Shown here: positions 53,247 to 63,343 of the stretch, in pieces
How positions within the stretch are numbered: the first letter of the stretch is position 1
How the letters are laid out: each line of letters opens with the position of its first letter
NCBI GenBank assembly: GCA_041484665.1
Contig: JBGPIA010000019.1
Location: 1 to 64,000, forward strand
DNA: 64,000 nt
Source: Candidatus Krumholzibacteriia bacterium
GTDB taxonomy: Bacteria; Krumholzibacteriota; Krumholzibacteriia; JAJRXK01
Direction of reading: 5' to 3'
The notes under the pieces: model-generated
The model's input: only the letters and a program-made list of their open reading frames with translations
What the model was told of the DNA's origin: nothing
Database searches by the model: none
Program-made: the position numbers and the translations under genes

Positions 53247-54542
53247 ATGCCGTACTCCTTCGAAGCAACCCTCGGCACGTGCGTGGTGCGCCTGCAGTCG
53301 TGGGAGGCGCCTGCCGCGTGGCTACGGCCCGCGTCGAGCGCGGACTGGTACGCGTGGACGCCGGACCTGGACGTCGTGGCGTGGCTTGACGGACATGGAG
53401 CAGAATCACTCGGCCAGAATGTCGAGGGGATTACTCCAGGCGCTGGGGAGGATGCCTTCGCCGCGTTCGCCCGCAGCATCCCGGAGCCCGTCCGGAAGGC
53501 GGTGGGCGTGTTCCCGGAGCGCCAATTCCACCTCGTACGCCTCACCGCGATCATCCCTGAGCTCGCCGACATCGCACGCAGCAATCCGTGCCTCGCCTTC
53601 ATGCTCACGCTGCCCGCGTACTTCACGGGGACGCCTCGTCATGCCTGGTGGGCGCGCGCGCACGACGCGCACCTCGACGTCGAATGCGTGCGTGGGCTCG
53701 TGCGAAGACGCCAGCGCACCACCCTCACCAACTTGGGATTCCCCGCTGAGGGTTCGGTGGGCGTCGTGCGTAAAGTCGTGCCTGCAGCGCTTACGCTGCA
53801 GCGCTGTCGGGCTCTGCGGGCCGCGCTGCACCGCCGCGGCGTCCGGGAGCGCCTCGTGCACCTTCCCCGCGTGAATGCGGGCGTCCTCGCCTTGGTCTCT
53901 GAGGAGCTTGAGGCGCACACGACCGCTGGCTTCCTCGAAGCCGTCGCGCTGGACGCCGGGCAGGACCGGGAAGCGACGACCGCGGCTCTGGTGCGTGACG
54001 CGGTCAGCCTCGCCCGGCAGGTCGGACGCGACCTCCGTGGACTGGTCTTCCGCTCAGGTGAGCATGTCTGCGCGGTGCATGACGAACTCGTGCAGGAGTG
54101 GCAGGCCCAGCACCTTGAGCGCCGCCCACATGCGCGCCGACAAGCCGACCCGCGTCCAGGCACGGACACGCCCAGCGTGGAAAGGCCGTTCCCCAGCCCA
54201 CCAATCCCGGGGACGGACGCGATCATCCCGATCACGACGCCCGCACTCCTCCGCGAGGAAGCACAACGCATGAAAAACTGCTGCGCAACCTACGCCGCGC
54301 GGATTCGGCGGCGTAAGTGCTACGTGTACCGCGTCCTCGAGCCCGAGCGCGCAACGCTGAGCATCACACGCACGAACGACGAGTGGGCGATCGAAGAACT
54401 ACGCCGCGCCACGAACAAAGACGCGAATGCAGAGACGTGGACGGCGATCCGCGCGTGGCTCGCGACCGCCCCACGTGCCCACCTGCTACGACGCCGACGA
54501 GGCCGACACAAGGGCCAACAACTGGCCCTGCCGATCCACTGA
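53247..54542 (+). CDS. PcfJ-like domain protein
   Basis: C-terminal IIPITTPALLREEAQRMKNCCATY..RATLSI matches the PcfJ pattern. Confidence 0.75.
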   Translation: MPYSFEATLGTCVVRLQSWEAPAAWLRPASSADWYAWTPDLDVVAWLDGHGAESLGQNVEGITPGAGEDAFAAFARSIPEPVRKAVGVFPERQFHLVRLTAIIPELADIARSNPCLAFMLTLPAYFTGTPRHAWWARAHDAHLDVECVRGLVRRRQRTTLTNLGFPAEGSVGVVRKVVPAALTLQRCRALRAALHRRGVRERLVHLPRVNAGVLALVSEELEAHTTAGFLEAVALDAGQDREATTAALVRDAVSLARQVGRDLRGLVFRSGEHVCAVHDELVQEWQAQHLERRPHARRQADPRPGTDTPSVERPFPSPPIPGTDAIIPITTPALLREEAQRMKNCCATYAARIRRRKCYVYRVLEPERATLSITRTNDEWAIEELRRATNKDANAETWTAIRAWLATAPRAHLLRRRRGRHKGQQLALPIH

Positions 54543-55216
54543 TAGCCCTCTCAAACGCACCAGGCCCGGCAAGGGGGGCGGCTTGATCTCGTCACGCGCT
54601 GGTGTCCGCGACACTGGCGGAGGCCCGGCGACTCCGAGGCGGCCAAGCGACGGGAAGGCCGACGCGTACACTCCACGCACAAATAGAACTTCCAGCAAGT
54701 CGGGCTGGCAGGATAACCGCGGGGGACCAACTCGCGTCGCTTTGGCGAACGGCAGGACTCCAACGACCCGTCGTGCGCAGTCCCTCGCCTGAAAGCCCCG
54801 CAAACCAGGCCGGCGATTGGGCCGCAAACCTACGTGCGTACGATGATCCCCTACACCACGCCGACGCCCTGGTCGCGCGTGCATCGCAACCGGGCAGGCG
54901 ACGCAGCGAGCCGTGCGGGCAGAGTGCCAGCATCGGCCTTGGAACATTCCGGGGGGAAGCTTCTGCCGCTTTGCGTCTCTTCTAATGCCGGGTGCGACGT
55001 GCTGCTCCCCGCAGTGAGCGGATCGGACGCGCGGGCGTCGCGTCCTGAAGGGACGAGACCACTCCGCGACCTGATCGCAGCGGCGAGAAACCAGTGGGCC
55101 GCATGATGGCCTGCCGCGGCGGCTGGCGGGTCCGGCGGAGTCCCGAGCCTGTGGACTTCAACGAGGGCGCTGTACACACGAGACTGGCACACCCAAGACG
55201 ACTGGGGGGGAGAGCG

Positions 55217-56107
55217 ATGGAGAACGGCCTTCGCGCGCTCGGGTGGCTGCCCGACGTGCCCAGCATCAAGGACTACACGGACACTCATGACGAAATCGGC
55301 GCGCTCCTCACCAAGACCGCACTTGGGAAGCCGGCGCGGGGCGCACGGTCGACCGCGGGGGCTCCTGGCGCGCTGCCGGCGAAGGTCGACTTGCGGTCAG
55401 ACTTCTCGCCCCTGGAGGATCAGGGCTCCCTGGGCTCCTGCACCGCGCAAGCCGCCGTCGGGCTCCTCGAGTACTTCGGGCACAAGACCACGGGGGCCTT
55501 CATCGACGCCTCCCGCCTCTTCGTCTACAAGGCGACGCGCGACCTCTTGGGCTGGACAGGCGACACAGGCGCGTACATCCGCTCGGCCATGGGCGCCCTC
55601 GTGCTCTTCGGCGCACCCCCCGAGCGGTACTGGCCATACGACGCCCGGCCAGCAGCGAGCAACGCTCGCTACGATGCCGAGCCCACCGCGTTCTGCTACG
55701 CGTACGCCGCGGACTTCAAGGCCCTGAAGTACTTCCGCCTCGACCCCAACGGAGCCACGCCCCAGGAATCCCTCCAAAACGTCAAACGATACATCGCCGA
55801 GGGGTTTCCGAGCATGTTCGGATTCCCCGTGTACAACGAGTTCGACGCCCCGCTGCCCGGAGGCCTCGTCCCGTATCCAAGCCCGACTAGCCACCTGCGC
55901 GGCGGCCACGCGATCGTCGCGCTCGGGTACGATGACAACCTGCAAGTGGGCGCTGATACCGGAGCACTCCTCATCCGCAACTCATGGGGCACAACCTGGG
56001 GAGACGGCGGGTACGGGTGGCTCTCCTACCGGTACGTCACGGACGCACTCGCCATGGACTGGTGGACCCTCATCAAAGCCGCATGGGTCGACACGGGAAA
56101 GTTCTAA
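55217..56107 (+). CDS. Papain-like (C1A) cysteine protease
   Basis: DQGSLGSC, GGHA, RNSWG catalytic motifs. No signal peptide. Confidence 0.93.
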   Translation: MENGLRALGWLPDVPSIKDYTDTHDEIGALLTKTALGKPARGARSTAGAPGALPAKVDLRSDFSPLEDQGSLGSCTAQAAVGLLEYFGHKTTGAFIDASRLFVYKATRDLLGWTGDTGAYIRSAMGALVLFGAPPERYWPYDARPAASNARYDAEPTAFCYAYAADFKALKYFRLDPNGATPQESLQNVKRYIAEGFPSMFGFPVYNEFDAPLPGGLVPYPSPTSHLRGGHAIVALGYDDNLQVGADTGALLIRNSWGTTWGDGGYGWLSYRYVTDALAMDWWTLIKAAWVDTGKF

Positions 56108-56598
56108 GCATGTCGACCCAGACAAACGCTGCCCGGGGCAAGCCGTGCGGGAGGGCGCGAAGATGACCTAGGAGCGGACGAGGGCGACGAGGGGACGAGC
56201 GCACTCGCGACCTGACGCACGCGCAGGTGGGTGCGCGAAGTACGGTGTGACACGGGAGTTCGGGGACGGCCCCCGCCAAGGCTCCGCGGGGGCCGCAGCC
56301 CACGGAGGAACACGCCGTTGAACCCAACACTCCAGCATGGCCACCGGAAGCGCACCGCACCCCGGCTTGAGCCACCGCGGGCCACTGATGGCCGGATGCC
56401 AGAACGAATTGTTGACGTACGGCGCACAGGGGCAGCGTTGACTGCCAGGCTGGGACCCGGTGAGGACGAGGCCGACGAAGCCGTAAGGTGGGGGGCGTAA
56501 CGGCGAGTGCACCAAAGGGTCGAGCGAGTAGGAACAGCGAGGACTGATTCCGGCGCACGACCGCGCGGCACCGGTGCTCACGGTGAAGGGAGTTGCAC

Positions 56599-57882
56599 AT
56601 GACGCCCGAACTAACACGCGCCTTGGAAGGAGCGGCGGGCGCAATACTCGGACTGCTCGTCTTCCAGACCGCCCTCGTGCGTCGCGCCCGTCGAAAGAAT
56701 CCGACGGTGACCTTCTGGGATCTGGTGGTCACAAGCGAGGACAACAAGTACAGCCTTTCGCGCTTGCAGTTCTACCTCTGGACCGTCGCAATCGTGGTCT
56801 CCTACGTCGCGCTGTGCGCGGCAGCTAAGAGGAGATGTGGCATTCCCGAGAGTCTCTATCTCCTCATGGGGGTCAACGCGGCATCCGCCGTGACGTCCAC
56901 CGCGATCACCGTATCGCAAGACCTCGTCCCGAAGAGCACAAAAGCCGACAAGCCGAATTTTGTTGCGGATATCTTCCTCGATTCCATGCGGAGTCTTGAT
57001 CTACCACGCACGCAAATGTTCGTCTGGACGGTCCTCACACTCGGCGGCTACCTCCTCGCGGTGGCACACCGCATTGACGGCACGTACCTCAAAAGCCCCG
57101 GCCCCGACGAGGGAGCGATCCTAGTAGGGCGCGCGAAGGGTGTGCAGGATGATGACACGCTGCTGCGACGCGTGACCTTTGTGCCGGGCGACGTGAGACA
57201 CCAAGGCGATGGGGTCGACGTGGACGGATCTGCGGAGCTGCGCGGGCAGTTCTTCCTGCCGCTCCGGAAAATGGGGAATGGGGACGTCGTGTTTCTGGTA
57301 GTGCGACCGAAGGTACCGCACGTGTCGAGGCTTGGGGTCCTGGCGTTTATCGTTGGAGTGGTGTGTACGGGGATTGCGGTGGCTTGCATTGCGTACGGAC
57401 GGCGATGGGGCGAACGCCTGGCGGGGCATGAGGCGGCGGGCGCTGTAATTAATGCGCTTCAAGTGGGGGTACTGCTTGAGAACGAAAACGGCGTAGTCGT
57501 TGGAGCCAATCAGCGGGCGGAGGAGATCCTGAAGCGACGGCTACCGCGTTTCGGAGAAATTCAGATTGGGGAGCCGACCTCTGTTCAAGCCGACGGCTTG
57601 CTGGAAGACATGATTGTTGCGGCTGACACGACAGGCCGCCCGCAGGGAGTGGCGGCACGGTACGCGGAGGTCATTCCGGGACTACGGGCGGCCGGAGATC
57701 CGTCGATGTACTATGGAAGGCCGCGGAAAGGGAAGGGATGGGTGCGCGTTTCCGGAAGCCCTCTCCCGAAGGAGCAACAGCGGGGAACCGGCGTACCTAC
57801 AGTCGCGGTTGTTGAGCCTTTGTGGGGCGTGACGGTAGGTGAGCTGGACGGCCTGTACCACAGGCATACGGGGGAGGCTTGA
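56599..57882 (+). CDS. Membrane protein with C-terminal PAS-like region, possibly chimeric
   Basis: Repeated SLSRLQFYLWT / DLPRTQMFVWT transmembrane motif. Later INALQVGVLLENENGVVVGANQRAEEIL. Confidence 0.55.
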   Translation: MTPELTRALEGAAGAILGLLVFQTALVRRARRKNPTVTFWDLVVTSEDNKYSLSRLQFYLWTVAIVVSYVALCAAAKRRCGIPESLYLLMGVNAASAVTSTAITVSQDLVPKSTKADKPNFVADIFLDSMRSLDLPRTQMFVWTVLTLGGYLLAVAHRIDGTYLKSPGPDEGAILVGRAKGVQDDDTLLRRVTFVPGDVRHQGDGVDVDGSAELRGQFFLPLRKMGNGDVVFLVVRPKVPHVSRLGVLAFIVGVVCTGIAVACIAYGRRWGERLAGHEAAGAVINALQVGVLLENENGVVVGANQRAEEILKRRLPRFGEIQIGEPTSVQADGLLEDMIVAADTTGRPQGVAARYAEVIPGLRAAGDPSMYYGRPRKGKGWVRVSGSPLPKEQQRGTGVPTVAVVEPLWGVTVGELDGLYHRHTGEA

Positions 57883-57883
57883 A

Positions 57884-58621
57884 ATGGATGAGATTACGGT
57901 GTTTATCGCCGCGATGGTGCTGGGAACGGGAGCTGCAATTCTGGCGCGTGAGGTGACGCGCTACGCCATTGGTATGTGGGTACGGAGGAATCCGCACGGG
58001 GAGGGCCGCGAGCGGGTCGTCGTACACTTGCGGAACCGAGAACGAGTGTCAGTGGAAGGCCGGGTCGCAGTCACACTGCGTGTGCGAACTGCGAACGGGA
58101 GGATTTGCTCGGAGCCGCGAATGCTCGCGGGCCCGTTAAGGGTGACGGGCCGGTGGGTTGGTGAGGAAGGGCAACAGTTCGTGTTCGAGTGCGAGGGCTT
58201 CCAGGCGCTGACCGCATGGCGTGTCGAGTGCGTGGTAGAAGCGGGAACGCGCTTAGGGGTGGCCGTTGAGGGAAGCGAGAGTGGCGAGGGTGACGCTGCG
58301 CCTGAGCGATTTGCAGTGCGTCAGGTGAAGGACGGGGCGCGCCGCCCGCAGTCGCCGCGGTGGGGGGTATGGTGGCTGACCGTGGCGGGGGCGATCGGCG
58401 CGTACCTCTTCCCTTTTGCGTTTCGCGATACCTGGATGGTTCCATTCGGCAGCCGTCTACCCGCTCCCGAGTTTGGCGTTGATGGACTGGCATGCCTTGG
58501 AATAGCAGGGGGCAGCTGGGTGCTGTTCGTCGCGTGCCGGCGGAAGGTTCCGCCCATTATTCAGGGCTACACGGGGTGGGAGGCGCTTGCCGATACCTCT
58601 GCTGCCAAGGCCGGCAGGTAG
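57884..58621 (+). CDS. Hypothetical membrane protein
   Basis: GGAGG RBS. One N-terminal and two C-terminal hydrophobic helices. Confidence 0.6.
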   Translation: MDEITVFIAAMVLGTGAAILAREVTRYAIGMWVRRNPHGEGRERVVVHLRNRERVSVEGRVAVTLRVRTANGRICSEPRMLAGPLRVTGRWVGEEGQQFVFECEGFQALTAWRVECVVEAGTRLGVAVEGSESGEGDAAPERFAVRQVKDGARRPQSPRWGVWWLTVAGAIGAYLFPFAFRDTWMVPFGSRLPAPEFGVDGLACLGIAGGSWVLFVACRRKVPPIIQGYTGWEALADTSAAKAGR

Positions 58622-58683
58622 GAACACCTGAGGAAACTGTGTGTAGAACCGCGGCGAAGGCTCGGGATTGAAGCATCAGTCTA

Positions 58684-60215
58684 CCCCACTGTTGCATAAA
58701 GCGCGCTGGAGTTTGTGATGTCACGCGGCCATTGCACGTCGGAGGAGTTGCTCGAAGTGACCCTGGACGGTCTGGTTTGCGCTCATCGTGAGGACCGCCG
58801 TTCCGCTGTTGTTGGTGAGGCGACCAGCACGCCGAATCAGCAGGGCGCGCAGCGTCGAGAGCTTCTGGAAGGTCCACAGCGCGGCGCGTCCCGCAGTCGT
58901 CGCAGGCCGGGGGGTCAGCGAGCGCATCTGAAGTTCCCGCGTGAGGTTGTGAGCCACCACGGCGGCGTAGAGGTACATCCGGTTCGCGACCCACGTGCGG
59001 GCGGGGATGTAACCCAGCTGGCAGTCCTGCTTGACCTCGCCGAACACCCCCTCCTGCGCGCCGCGCCCGTGATGGAAAGCCAGCACCTTCTTGGCCGACT
59101 GGCGCTTGTTGGTCAGCACCGCCGTGTACTCGTAGCCCACGACGCTGGGACAGAAGAGGTCCAACTGCAGCGGGCCCTTCTGCCGCTCCTTCACCTTCTG
59201 CCGGACGATCAGCAGTCGGCGCGGCTTCAGCCAGCAGCGCGGACCCCAGGAAAGCTCGAAGTACGACCAGGTGTCATCAAGACGGTGCCAGCGCTGGCGA
59301 GCTTCGACCAGCTGCTTGAGGTGGGCGAGGCGGTCGAAGGGGACGCTGATGGCGTACTGGACCTCGACGCTCTCCAGCAGAAGCACGGTATTTTCGCTGA
59401 AGAACGCGCTGTCCAGCCGCGACTCGACGGTGACCTGCCCCAGCCGCTCGGCCGTCCCCATCACGCAAGCTTCGATGAAGTCGCCCGCTCCGTTGGAGTC
59501 ATGGACGTTCCCCGACCGATGCAGCACGTCGAGGATCTGTCCGGTCTGCGCCACGGTGCACAGCAGCGGGTAGTAGCTGCGCTCTCCCTTGCGTGCCCGG
59601 TTGAAGCCCACGGCCGTACCCTCTGCGTGGCGGCGGGAAGTCAGAACGCTGCCGTCGAAGTCCAGCGTCACCCGGCCCAGTCTCTCGTCAATCAGACGGC
59701 CCAACACGATGTCGCGGTTGAGACGTGCGACCTCGCCACACGCCCGCAGATCCATAGTCGCGAGGCGCCGGGAGTAGGTCGAGACATCGGGCAGGTGTTG
59801 CCACCCCAGCATACGCAGCACCATGGGGTCGTCCCGGTAGTACGCCATCTCCCGGAGGTTGCGGTGTCCGAGCAGGATGTGCACCACCAAACTCAGGAAG
59901 AGGTCCACGTGGGCATAGATCGGCCACTGCACGAGGTGCTTGAAGCACCCGAGCAACCGCGCGCGCAGGTTGAGCGACTGGAAGAGCGCTTCGTACAGGA
60001 CGAGCCCGGCCGAGGAGGTGAGGGCCTGGTCCTCGAACCGGCACTCGGGAAGCCTATGGACACGACGCCGAATCTCTGCTCTACTGAACTTCACTGGAAG
60101 TGGCCTCTGCTTCGTGGGGAGTTGGGTGTAATGTTCAACCCCTTTTTCCCATGACGGAGGCCACTTTTCAATTCATTACATCAAGTTATGCCCAGCTTTT
60201 TCTGCAACAGTGGGG
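58684..60215 (-). mobile_element. Complete IS1380-family insertion sequence
   Basis: Inverted repeats CCCCACTGTTGCA (58684) and TGCAACAGTGGGG (ending 60215). TCTA duplicated at 58680-58683 and 60216-60219. Confidence 0.92.
58721..60094 (-). CDS. IS1380-family DDE transposase
   Basis: LTSSAGL, TLDFDGS, YYPLL, RLDSAF, HHGRGAQEGVFGEVK. Confidence 0.93.
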   Translation of the reverse strand: MKFSRAEIRRRVHRLPECRFEDQALTSSAGLVLYEALFQSLNLRARLLGCFKHLVQWPIYAHVDLFLSLVVHILLGHRNLREMAYYRDDPMVLRMLGWQHLPDVSTYSRRLATMDLRACGEVARLNRDIVLGRLIDERLGRVTLDFDGSVLTSRRHAEGTAVGFNRARKGERSYYPLLCTVAQTGQILDVLHRSGNVHDSNGAGDFIEACVMGTAERLGQVTVESRLDSAFFSENTVLLLESVEVQYAISVPFDRLAHLKQLVEARQRWHRLDDTWSYFELSWGPRCWLKPRRLLIVRQKVKERQKGPLQLDLFCPSVVGYEYTAVLTNKRQSAKKVLAFHHGRGAQEGVFGEVKQDCQLGYIPARTWVANRMYLYAAVVAHNLTRELQMRSLTPRPATTAGRAALWTFQKLSTLRALLIRRAGRLTNNSGTAVLTMSANQTVQGHFEQLLRRAMAA

Positions 60216-60216
60216 T

Positions 60217-61107
60217 CTATAGTACAGGGCAGTGCTGAGGGAATCCGATCGTTTCCTTGAGGAGTGCTGCCACGGGTGGTGGGTACCGGTGGTACGTTAC
60301 CAGACGCGGATTGTAGTCCTCTTGTAAGAGAAAGGAGGCAATTGCGGGAACGTGCATCGCCCCACAGACAATTCCCACAGGACCCGCGGCCGAAGCGCGT
60401 AGGCCCGCGCGTGCCATGACGCGTTCGCGACGGCGATCAGTCGACTCGACCCAGGAATCAGGATAGCGTGGCGGCCAGACGAGCTGATCCAAGAGGCAGA
60501 GTCGCCGCGCCTGCTCATGGTCATACGCCGAAAAGATAGCGTGGGACACGTGGGAGTTGAGGGCACGCTCATAGTCCAGCGCGCCCGTGGGGGCTGGTCG
60601 CTGCTTCCGCTGACGAGCTGAGATAACGCGAAGCGTACCATAGAGGAGGAAGAGTGGTGACCAGCCGTTGCACCGGGGCCCGAGTAGGGCGTCATCGCCA
60701 GCGGGACTGCCCCGGCGAAGGTACGAGTAAAGACCATCTTCCACGACGAGAATGTCGACAAGGCGCTCCAAGGCGACGACCTCGTCGGTATAGGCATCCT
60801 TGAGTGCTCGAGGAAGGAGTGTCGAACGCCCATCGTGCAGGAGACCAAGGATGTAATACGGCCGGGCACCAGAGGTTACGCGCAGGATAGAAGTATCGAG
60901 GAGGGGCTCGGAACACGTCGACCTCGGCGCTGACGGCTGGTCTTCAGGAGTCCGGATTGGAGGGCCCCGCAGCACGTCCATGCTATGTATGAGGGCAGGC
61001 CAGTCGACAGCAGTGGCAAGGCCCTGCCAGAGATGGTACCGCAAACGGTGGTCTCTGGGCAGGCGCATGCCTTGGTACTCCAGCCACCACTTGCGCGTCA
61101 CATGCAC
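60217..61107 (-). CDS. Possible TraB/TIKI-superfamily protein
   Basis: YYILGLLH near the domain start, RERVM, and VGIVCGAMHVPAI near the end. Confidence 0.45.
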   Translation of the reverse strand: MHVTRKWWLEYQGMRLPRDHRLRYHLWQGLATAVDWPALIHSMDVLRGPPIRTPEDQPSAPRSTCSEPLLDTSILRVTSGARPYYILGLLHDGRSTLLPRALKDAYTDEVVALERLVDILVVEDGLYSYLRRGSPAGDDALLGPRCNGWSPLFLLYGTLRVISARQRKQRPAPTGALDYERALNSHVSHAIFSAYDHEQARRLCLLDQLVWPPRYPDSWVESTDRRRERVMARAGLRASAAGPVGIVCGAMHVPAIASFLLQEDYNPRLVTYHRYPPPVAALLKETIGFPQHCPVL

Positions 61108-61312
61108 GGGGTACAGTATCCGCCAACAAATAGAGGGGCATCATGGCGCAAGGGAAAGTGAGGCCGGTTTAAATGTGTTGCGGAGGATGCGAAGACAAGC
61201 AAGGAGGTAGTAGTACTCAACGGGATGACGTGGGGACAGTTGGCCGCGGGTAACATGCCACGCATGTGGTGTTACTCGGCGAAGTAAACGGCCCGAACGC
61301 GCAGAAACACGC

Positions 61313-61981
61313 TCAGAGGTATCCTCGTTCGCGGAGGCTGACGTACGCGTCAGGCGCGATGACGAGGTGGTCCAAGAGCCGGATGCCGATGACTTCGCCG
61401 GCGCTTGCGATGCGACGTGTCAGACGGCGGTCATCGTCGGACGGCTCCGGATCGCCCGACGGGTGATTATGGGCGAGGACGATTGAGGCGCTGTTCGCGT
61501 GGATCGCTGCCTTGTAGACCTCGCGGGGTTCCACGCCCGCCGCATTTAGGCTGCCTACGCTCGTGAGGTCGACGCCGAGGACTTGGTTCCGCGCGCCCAG
61601 GAGCAGGGTGGCGAGGTTCTCTCGATCAGCGAACGCCAAACCCCGCAGGAGCGCATACGCGTCGGCGGGCCCATTCACATAATGCGGCTCCCTGGGCGCG
61701 CCGGGCACGTGCTCCAAGCGTAGACGTACCAGCCACGGCTCGTATGAGAGCTCCGGAGTGGAGGGCGTAGTCGCGGTTTCCGCAGTGGTGGCGTAGGGGA
61801 GTGTGCGCAGCAGGAGGCCGTCTTCGAGGCGCTGGACGGTGTACTGCGTACCTTGACGGAACCCCGCGTCCTCCAACCACCGGCCGGCGAGCTGCACGCG
61901 CGCCACCAGACTCGACTGCCCGCGCCGAGCGCCGACGGTGTGGAGCTTCGGCGCCGCCCACGCGGGCTTGCGCTTCGTCAT
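61313..61981 (-). CDS. radC: RadC-like JAB-domain protein with N-terminal SymE-like domain
   Basis: VQLAGRWLEDAGFRQG (SymE/AbrB-like), DRE, PREVYKAAI, AHNHPSGDPEPSDDD, LLDHLV. Confidence 0.85.
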   Translation of the reverse strand: MTKRKPAWAAPKLHTVGARRGQSSLVARVQLAGRWLEDAGFRQGTQYTVQRLEDGLLLRTLPYATTAETATTPSTPELSYEPWLVRLRLEHVPGAPREPHYVNGPADAYALLRGLAFADRENLATLLLGARNQVLGVDLTSVGSLNAAGVEPREVYKAAIHANSASIVLAHNHPSGDPEPSDDDRRLTRRIASAGEVIGIRLLDHLVIAPDAYVSLRERGYL

Positions 61982-62163
61982 GGCCGCCGCGCCGGCATGA
62001 CGCGCCGGTCGTCAGGGGCCAAGTCCCGGCCCGCGCATGTTTCGCTGCAGTACACCGTTGCTTCTTCCAACGGCACAATCCCGTTGGGCCCGAGCACCGC
62101 GTGCTGCACCGCGACCACGTTGAGCCCCTCACGCAACACCTTGCGACACCCCGCGCACTCCAT
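61978..62163 (-). CDS. Small zinc-finger protein
   Basis: MECAGC...YCSETC. Stop overlaps the radC start (ATGA). Confidence 0.65.
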   Translation of the reverse strand: MECAGCRKVLREGLNVVAVQHAVLGPNGIVPLEEATVYCSETCAGRDLAPDDRRVMPARRP

Positions 62164-62353
62164 GAACCACCACCACCGGAAGCAGAACCGCTTCCACGAA
62201 GCACGTGGTGCCGGGGATTGAAGAGTCTTGAACCGACGAACCACACGTACAGGGACCAGGCGCGGCTTGTTGAAGCGGGCGTTGCGGCGCTTGACCGAGG
62301 ACTTCCTGCACCTGATGGTGGGTGTGGTTCCTGTCGCATTGTTGGGGGGTGCA

Positions 62354-63038
62354 ATGCTGCGCGGCGAGGCGGAGCACGCGGCGATCGGCGCGTATCGAGG
62401 GATCCTCGAGGGCGTCGCCCTTCGGGCTGACAAACTCGGGGAGCGGGTGGTCGCGTCCCACTGGCCGTTCGTCGGCACGGACTACCGGCGCATCCTCATC
62501 GTGGGACAGGCACTCGCGGGCTGGGATGACAAGACGTCTCCGGCCCTGTGGCCAGTGGTGCGCGCGTGCACCCCGTCGGGGCGGCTTGACCTGCTCGAGG
62601 CGACCCGGGCGTGGGCGAGGAGGCAGCCGGAGCCGATGTGGGAGGTGCTCCGGCACGGCAAGCGCGCGGGGTCAGCCTTCTGGACCCTGTCAGAGCACGT
62701 CGTTCTTGCCCTCGACCCCAACGGCGACGGGCCGTGGTACAGCCGTCACGCGTGGTGGAACCTCTTCCCACTGGGCTGGGGAGACACCGAGGCGGGCCCG
62801 GTACCCGGTGACGCGCTCTGGGAAGCACAACTCCCACACGTCGCGACGTTATTCCGCGCGCTTGCTCGGCCTGGACGACTTGAAGCCCCTTCCGTGCCCG
62901 CTCGTTGCAGGCGGCGTGCGTGATGGCCGCGCCATCGTCTGGACATACCACCCCGGCGCCAGGCTCAAAGGCGTCACGCGCCACGACTTCGCGACGACAA
63001 TTGTGCGGGCACTCGGAGGACTCGACGAAGCGCGGTAA
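62354..63038 (+). pseudogene. Uracil-DNA-glycosylase-superfamily-like gene, frameshifted
   Basis: PFVG..ILIVGQA..SAFW..WWNL in one frame. The terminal WTYHPG motif is in another frame after about 62860. Confidence 0.55.
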
Positions 63039-63343
63039 GCCAGCAGCGCGCCCCCGAGAGGGCCGCGACGTTCAGCGCACGCAGGAACGCGATGTCACCC
63101 CGTGATCACGCGGTCGAGGCGACGGGTATAGACGGGCGTGGCCGCTGGATTCGGGCGGGTTCGGTCCGGCCGGTGCGGCCTGCAGGGTGTGGGTGGTTGT
63201 TCAGTTCAGAGCATTTATAGACCAAGAGCTTCCCAAACCCGGGGGTTGCGTCCCAATCGCGGGACGAAACTGCCGGTTCGTGAGGGGTGGGGGGCCTGGT
63301 GTGCGCAGACGGAGGGGACCGAAGGACTCAAGCAGGTGCAGGC

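Noticed and set aside
58715..60154. 479-aa plus-strand ORF
   Set aside because: Antisense shadow of the IS1380 transposase.
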